A stretch of 59,126 nucleotides of DNA, counting the filler, from Dugesia japonica (taxonomy: Eukaryota), in assembly GCA_001938525.1 (NCBI GenBank). It is 5 parts of 5 records of this genome, joined end to end, with 100 filler letters (N's around TTAATTAATTAA, not from the genome) between each part and the next. Parts side by side here need not be neighbours in the genome. Positions count along the whole stretch, not along the records: positions 45,832 to 59,126 come from MQRL01629654.1; 4 more parts are not named here. One strand, given 5' to 3'. Of the stretch, positions 51,364 through 59,126 are shown one piece after another. Under the pieces are notes generated by a model. That model ran no database searches. It had not been told where the DNA came from and saw only the letters and a program-made list of their open reading frames with translations. Position numbers and translations under genes: made by a program. Each line of letters opens with the position of its first letter. Position 1 is the first letter of the stretch.

Positions 51364-52710
51364 TTGAAAGGCTACAGAACTGCTATGGCAATAATGCTTT
51401 ATCAAAGTCAACAACTAATGCATGTCATGCGCGATGTTTAGATGGTCGCAAGATTGTCACAGATGATCCTAGATCTGGATGACCTTCAACCTCAAAGAAC
51501 GACGAAAATATCAAAGAAATAAAGTCATTATTAATGGAAAATAGGAAATTGACTATCAGAGAGATTGTTGAAGATACATGAATATCATTTGGAACAGTTC
51601 AAACTATTTTGCATTAGGATTTGGGATTAAAACGTGTTGCTGCAAGACTTAATCCATGTGAAGTGAAAATTTTTCAAAAATTTTGACGTGTGGAAATTCC
51701 AAAGGATATACTCTTTACCGTTGATTTTGATGAAACATTTATAAAACGTATAATTTCTGGTGAAACGTGGGTGTTTGAGTATTAAACTCAAACAAACATC
51801 AATCAAGTCAATGGTAGTCCCAGGAAGAGCCAAAACCGAATAGATTATGTCGTTTTCAGTCAAAATAGAAGATCATGCTGACCGTTTTCATTAAATACGA
51901 TGGAGTTGTACACCATGAATTTATTCCAGAAGGTCAAACAGTTAACAAGGAGTATTATCTAGGTGTTATGAGACGATTGCGTGAAGCTGTTTGTTAGAAA
52001 AGAAAAGATTTGTGGAAAAACGAAACACCAAAATTCAACTCCATAAAATTTATTTCAAAATAAAAACTATAACATAAATTTGTTTTTTTCCAAACAAATT
52101 TAATAATTATATTTAAAAACGGAAAATATTAAATTCTTAAATTTTATTAATATCTAATTTTAAAACACTAAAATAAACATATTTCATTAATTTAATTTAT
52201 ATTTTATTATATTAAAAAATCTTTATATTTTAGTATTTATTTTATAAATTATTTTCCTGATACAAATTTAAATAAACTTTTGATTTTAATAAATTCCATT
52301 TTAAAAAATACAAAATATTTAAATCTGTTTTTAAAAGAACTTTCTTATGTACCAGCTAACAATGCAATAGTTATTCGAGATTTTTTGCAAAAGTTCAATA
52401 CAATTACAATCCAACAAGCTTCAAATTTACCAGATAGGGCTGTTTGCAATTTCTTCCTACTTAATAGGCTGAAAAAACCACTTCGAAGAAAACGTTTTGA
52501 TACCACTGAAGCGATCAAACCAAAAGCGAAGAATGCATTGTTGAGTATACCAAAGAAAGAGTTCCAGAAGGAATTTGAAAATTGTATTACACGCTGGTAT
52601 AAGTGCATTGAGGTTAATGGAGACTACTTCGAAGGTGACAATTAAAATTGTGTTGAATAAATAGTTGGTTTCGTTTTAAATTGAGTTGAACGGTTATTTT
52701 TTTGATCAGT
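51364..52710 (+). mobile_element. mariner transposon (DD34D), 5'-truncated, with an internal insertion
   Basis: DDPRSG*PSTS..; ISGETWVFEY; GVVHHEFIPEGQTVNKEYY; ..LPDRAVCNFFL..GDYFEGDN. Confidence 0.9.
52024..52348 (+). repeat. About 325-bp near-identical copy of 53567-53893 inserted in the mariner ORF
   Basis: Base-by-base match with only a few substitutions and indels. Confidence 0.9.
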
Positions 52711-55044
52711 GTCCAAACCATCAAACACACTTCAGATTCTAAGGAATATTTTATCATGTTTTTTAAAAATAATTAAGAAAACAAAATTATACAAAATAAA
52801 TAAATGCGTATATTTATTTAAATCAAAATATAAATTGTAAATGAATATAAATAATATTACTTAAAAATAACTGTTAGATGAATTTGAAGTAATCATTGGA
52901 TCACCAATATCGAAAACTCAATTCCATAGAAAGTTTATTCACAAAGCGAAACTATAACCAACATTATTTGTTTATTCAAACCAATTAAAATCCAGTGTTT
53001 TAATTGGTGATCATTTATCAAATTATTTAAACTTTATTTTAAGTTATTTAAAAATTTTAATTTCTTATTAAATTTTCATTCAAAATTTAAAACCAAATAT
53101 TCGTTATTTAAATTTTTCATCTATAATTTAAATCTTTTTAAGTATAAGATTTTAAGAAAAATGATAGACAATCACACTAAAATTTCAAATCGCTTTTCAA
53201 ACACTTGAAAATTTTTAATATTCTTAAAGGATAAAATTTTCATTCTTTATAAATACAAAATATAATACAAAAATATTGGATGTCACAATTCAAATTTTTT
53301 AAGTTATTTTAAAAATAAATTAGAATATTAAAAAAATAACTGTTTTTCTTCAAATTCATCATTTTCTTTGGCTTTTCCCATCGAGTTGTAGTAAATGACT
53401 TTGGAAAGTTTGTTGAAAATAATAAATTCAATAATAAATTTCTAGAATATTTGAATTATTTTTACTTATTCTAATTTTATAAAATTATAATTTGGAAAGA
53501 TTTCTCGAACATTTTTATTCAATAAATATTAATATTAGATGAGTTTTGAGAACTCATCTGATTATCAACACCAAAATTCAACTCCATAAAATTTATTTCA
53601 AAATAAAAACTATAACATAAATTGGTTTTTTTTCCAAACAAATTTAATAATTATATTTAAAAACGGAAAATATTAAATTCTTAAATTTTATTATTATCTA
53701 ATTTTAAAACACTAAAATAAACATATTTCATTAATTTAATTTATATTTTATTATATTAAAAAATTTTTATATTTTAGTAATTTATTTTATAAATTATTTT
53801 CCTGATACAAACTTAAATAAACTTTTGATTTTAATAAATTCCATTTTAAAAAATACAAAAAATTTAAATCTGTTTTTAAAAGAACTTTCTTATAATTAAT
53901 ATTAATTATTTTAATGAATTCTGAAAAACGATCAATAGTTTCGTCCAAGAATTATTCTCGCAAAAATTGCAATTGTAAAATAATTAATTATTTAGTACAG
54001 TAGTTCCAAATTTTTTTTTGACTTGACCACCACATTTCATTACTTTACTAGCCGTCGTATCACTGTAACCTAAAAAATAAGAAACAATCAAGAAAAAATT
54101 GAATACTTTATTAAATTTCAACGGGACAGTAGAATGTTTAGAATAATTTTTAAAATCTAATAAGAAAATAAATTAATAAGTTTCTCTTGTTCAAGGTCTA
54201 TCAAATTGTTCAATTGTTTATTTAGCGTAAAAGGATTTGAAGTTAATTCAATGTTTAACTCATTTCGATTCCAATCGCGTACTTCATTATAACGTAGGAA
54301 GTACCATCGGTTGGGCATCGCTAATTTAATACAAATCTACATTCTCTTCAGTTCATTGATCTGAATATATGTAAACATGAATAATAAATACAATTAATTA
54401 ATCAGAATAATTTAATTAAACAAAACTATTGAAATTACATGTTCAAACTGATAAAGATTAACTATTTTCATTTATTATCACGCTAGTGTGAGAAAAGTTA
54501 GTTGGTTAAATGATATTATTTATTCATATGACCTTAAGATTATAATAATTATAATTTAAAAATTAATCGTATTAACTGATTAACAATACTCTACAGATTG
54601 ACAGGTTTCGTTTATATCGAATCATTCAACAATGAATATTTGATTTGGAATTTCAATTGATGAAACTAATCAGTTTGCTCTTGACATTGAGCAGGATAAA
54701 TTCTCATTATCAATGGAAACATTCATTGAAACAAATATTTTCTACAATGAGTAATAATCTAATGGATTGGAAATATATTTTACAATTTCATAAGAATTTT
54801 ATTCGCTTAAATTGAAACAATTATTTTTTTGTATTTCAATATAAATAATTGTTTTAATTCGAAGTTTTGGCAAAAATTATATCAATAAATTGTAATTATA
54901 AATACAATTTTTTTAACTTGAACTCAGCCTGTATAATATTAATACTACTAATAATAATAATAACAATTATAATTTTACAATTATAATTATTGTGAGAATA
55001 ATTTTTCGCTTTTCAGATCACATTAAAATAAAAGCTTCGATCAA

Positions 55045-55077
55045 ATTCGAATTTTCGACTTAGTCTTCGACAGGAAT
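55045..55077 (-). ncRNA. Minimal hammerhead ribozyme, core mutated (CTGA to CTGT)
   Basis: ATTC CTGTCGA A GAC-TAA-GTC GAAA AT TC GAAT: perfect stems I and II. Confidence 0.6.
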
Positions 55078-56309
55078 TGACAGTTTTTGATTTATTCCAG
55101 ATTAATGTTTATAATAGAATTATTTTTTAATTAATTTAATTTTCTGAATTTTAATTGGTTAATTTTCATTTGTTTTAATTTTAATTATTTAATAATAGTA
55201 AATTACATGGATTTTAAGATTATCTTCTTTAATTAGTAATTTTCTTTTTTTCCCTATGAAATGTGAACTAAAGCATGTTCCTAGTGTTAATAATTTATCT
55301 CCAATTCTAGCGATAATTTTCATTTACTTCATTGAAAATCAATAATTCTTAAATCAAACAAGAAAATTCATCTATGCTTTGAGATAAATAGATGATATTT
55401 TTTTGTTACTAATTCTCCTTTAGAGAACATTTTAGAATTAGCCAATAGTCTAAATGATACATTAAATTGACTTTAGAGAAGTCAATTGACTTTCAGATTC
55501 CTTTTCTGGACACTTTAATCCAAAAGAAACCTGATGAAATATTTACTACTCAATTATTTATGAAACCATTTCACAGTGGACATATATTACCTTGGAGTAG
55601 TAATACTACCATCAGCCAGAAAATTGGTATAATTAAAGGTGAAAGAATTCGAGCTGAAAGATTATCTGCAAATGAAGAAATGAAATTGATCTCTCTCAAG
55701 TTGATATAAATTAAAATCTTAAATAACTACCAAAATAAAATTATATCAACATATTTATCTTCGAATACAAAATTAAATTACCTTTTATTAATGAGAAATG
55801 TAGCCAAATCATGCAGAATATAATACAAAATGCTACATTCAAACACAATCCTAGAATTATATTCAAAACGCAAGCACCTTTGGGCATGCAATTAAAGAAA
55901 TCACAAAATACCTTTGTGATACCAAATTCATTTGTGAAGATAGAAATATATGCAATAAGAAAACTTATAAAATAATATGCACAATTTGTAAAGAAACATC
56001 AATATAAGTGAAACATGCAGAACCATCCAAACAAGAATTAAGGAACATTTGAAACAAAAAGAAAGTGAATTCTTCAAACACTTTCAACACAAACATAAAA
56101 TTTCACCATAACAAAATCACATCAAATGGAAAACACTAGGAACAGGCTACATTTCTACACTTCATAGAAGAAAACATGAACAATTACTAATTAAAGAAGA
56201 TAATCCTAAAATTAACTAAATTTATAATAATTAAAAATCCAGTAAATTAAATTAATTAAAAATATATTTTCATTCTAAACACAAATCTTGAATAAATCAA
56301 AAAAAGTCA

Positions 56310-56342
56310 ATTCCTGACGAAGATTAAGTTGAAAATTTACTG
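56310..56342 (+). ncRNA. Minimal hammerhead ribozyme with a degenerate 3' arm
   Basis: ATTC CTGACGA A GAT-TAA-GTT GAAA ATTT in the 3' pLTR. Confidence 0.55.
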
Positions 56343-56529
56343 ATATAAAAATTTAAAAAATAAGATGATATAATATATAATTATACTACAGTCATGAATT
56401 TAAATAACCTGATAAAATAATGATGTAAAAAGTAAAGTGATACGAATTCAATCTACCTGATGTCCAAATTGTTTGAACGGATTTAGGAATAATATTGCTT
56501 ATGAGAAACATGAACTTCTTTTCATTAAC

Positions 56530-58220
56530 TTCAAATTGGTACTACATTATACGCAATGCCTAAAGAAAAAGATTTAATTTTTGATGATTGCTAAAAAACT
56601 GTTACATTACAATTTGTTCTTTATGTAGATTTGAATCTGTATTGTAAAGAAGATTCTGATTACCATAACAAGCAGGTAACTATTTCTGCTTGGTTATTAT
56701 TAGTGAAAAGTATACTTATGAAACTAAATATCAACAAGTAGAGAAATTAGGTTTCAGCTACTAGTAGCCTATCATAATAGGGGATAAGATCAACATCATA
56801 TTTTAAAGCATGTTCATATTAGATTTCAAAATGAAAAATTTCATGTATCCTTACAGCTAGTGAGAAATTTCCATCTCTCAAAAGTATCAGTAAAGTTCAT
56901 AGATATTATCTATTCGATAATTTGTCACTGGACTTTGCAGTGAAGACAATAAAATAAACTCCACTGACAACAAAGTAATTTAATGATAGTTGAGAATTGT
57001 TAAGTCTAATGGCATTTTCCCTTATGATCTTGCTACAAGTTTAAAAGTCCTTGAGAAAACACGGTCATTATCATAAATAGTACCAGGGAGCAAAGTTAAA
57101 AATTATAACTGACACATCATCTCTAAAGGTACTATGTAATATACTTGAAGTTACTACAAATGCGTACATATTTAAGTGTACAAGTAGCACAAAAACGTAG
57201 TGCTGGGAAATTCAATTCGAACAATACCTTTAAGAACTGTGTGAATGGAAACACAAAATTAAGATCAGAAAGAAAAAATGAGTTGGATAACAATTATTAT
57301 AACATTTTCAACAATAATTTTTACAGAAAAACGCTTGAAAATCTTAAGAAAAGAATAAATCTTTGATTCTGTAATTTTATCAAAACGTTTGTAACTTAAA
57401 CTTCCAAAGTTAGCCCTAGAAAAACGTCTTAAATTGATAATGACCTAATTGCAGTTCAATTCAATAAGAACGTTATTTGCTTGAATCGGATGAGTTACAT
57501 TGGACAATCAGTGTTGGACTTATCTAAGCAAAGAATATATCAACTACAATATGTTGAATTGAAGAAATATTGAAGAAATGATAACTGCACAAAAAATTTA
57601 GTAGGTGGAAATAGTTTCTTCTTAAAAGTTAAAACCGTTAGGTTAGAAAGATTATTACGTTTAATGGTTCGAGATAAAATTTTGTATCCATCTAATTATT
57701 GTTCAATAAACCGCTTTTTAATTAATAATTAAAATTATGTGAGATACAAACAGTTGCTGGAGACACCGACAGCTCTTTTTTGGAAGTTAGGAATATTAAT
57801 TTGAAAATGTTATTCTCATTAATGGTTAAAATTCTACTTTACTTCAATTTACTCAACAAACAACATTCTTTGCAGTATTTTACTAAATCTGGCGATAGGA
57901 AGGCTTACTGACAAAAATAATGGAAGAAATTCAAAGAATGTGTTTTCCTGAGATCAAAATGTTATATACTCCTTAGTAAATCAAACATCATGAAAGCTAG
58001 GGGCCTAACATTAAAAAATATCAAAATTAATCATTAATCATACCTTGATTGATACAATAACAGTGATATAGTTTCAATGAAACAATTTAAAACATGAACG
58101 AAAACCCACCAGTTGTAGAGTTTCTTAACAGAGAAAGTTGCATTACCCAACAATGACGACAAAAGATTATGGTCAGACAAAAACATATGCGTATCATATT
58201 GGCATTATTCGATGTCGTAG
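56530..58220 (+). pseudogene. Second Polinton protein-primed PolB remnant
   Basis: VLYVD; GIFPYD; YNIFNNNFYRKTLENLKKR; YIGQSVLDLSK; GDTDS; LRSKCY; NDDKRLW..YWHY. Confidence 0.85.
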
Positions 58221-59057
58221 TAAATAAGACTCGAATGAAAAAAGCACATTTATAGGTAATTTATTTTGATATTTAAAACTGATCATTTTTATATTAAAAT
58301 CAAATTACATGAAGATCCAGATTGAAATGACTGTATATAATGAAATCACTGCAATAATGTGATTATCTGTGTTTTTTCCACAATGAACTTTGTGTTTTGA
58401 TTTGTCTTTTGTATATTATTATTATTCTCATTGTTTTAATATTAATTTTGCCTGGGAAGCTTCTAATGTTAATTTTAATATTGCTTAGAGATAAATCCAC
58501 TCAACTACTTAAAAATTGGATTAACTCAAAGAAAAATAGGGCGTTCGACTGGATTTCCATAAAGAAGCTCATAAAAAAGATTCATTTCACTTCATTTAAA
58601 CAACAAATTCAACTAATTTTTGTGAATTAAAAGTCGGTCTGAAAACAATTTCCCATGTCGGGATGAAAGAAGGTGCTTATTTCTCTAATTATGGTTAATT
58701 TAAGTTTAATTTTCTCAAAAAAATTATTTTAAACAAAATTATTTTAATTAATTAAAATTTATTTTTAATTAAAATGTTTTAATTCAAAAATTGGATTTTT
58801 AATACTTGAAATGATCAAAAATATAATTAAAAATTATTTAAAATTAATGAAACATTTATAATGTATTTAATTATTTTTTGAAATTATAAAAGAAGAAATT
58901 TAATTAAAAATTTTTTATAAATTTTGGATTCAATATTTCAAGTTCAAATGAAAAGATATTAAATTAATATTTCTATTTTTATTTGAATTATATTTGCAGC
59001 ATAAAATTTAATTTTGGAAATTTTCCAATTATAATTTAAATTATTATTAACAGACAA

Positions 59058-59060
59058 CAA

Positions 59061-59126
<66 letters not shown>
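59058..59126 (+). repeat. (TTA)n microsatellite
   Basis: Run extends to the window end. Confidence 0.95.

Larger units (their letters stand above)
55040..56345 (+). mobile_element. Penelope-like element: inverted pLTR, RT C-half, GIY-YIG, pLTR
   Basis: NLSPILAII..LR*IDDIF; IPFLDTLI..KPFHSGHILPWSS; (Y)ISETCRTIQTRIKEHL. 55045-55240 is an inverted copy of 56180-56340. Confidence 0.88.

Noticed and set aside
54030-54365. Possible minus-strand host exons (MPNRWYFLRY..)
   Set aside because: Acceptor-like sites are present but there is no consistent frame or recognisable homology.

Overview
Very AT-rich eukaryotic (animal-like) DNA. The (TTA)n microsatellites, long Gypsy-type LTRs and Polintons would fit a flatworm/planarian-type genome, but the organism cannot be established from this window. 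The window is five contigs joined by artificial 100-nt linkers (N44-TTAATTAATTAA-N44 at 8330-8429, 20454-20553, 35154-35253, 45732-45831), so adjacency across the linkers means nothing. Almost all of it is decayed, nested mobile DNA: Tc1/mariner elements of several families; Gypsy gag-pol remnants and solo LTRs (TGTTGGGGT...ACCCCAACA, 4-bp TSDs); Penelope-like elements with minimal hammerhead ribozymes; a hAT-like fragment; and Polinton/adintovirus-like remnants (major and minor capsid, packaging ATPase, protein-primed PolB, termini). One long intact ORF (31534-33015) is probably a host gene. The best candidate for an undescribed system is a >3.9-kb LTR-like unit (8430-12388). Downstream of its promoter it carries an array of small coding cassettes, most with their own splice acceptor and poly(A) signal. 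Two cassettes recur, in the same order and conserved at protein level, in a diverged copy at about 4620-5000. Other notable cargo: a Gypsy element with an FN3-transmembrane gene and a captured RNF10-like E3 ligase, and Polintons with a TBP-like gene and a conserved intron-containing gene. All family assignments are from motif recognition by eye; no database searches were run.
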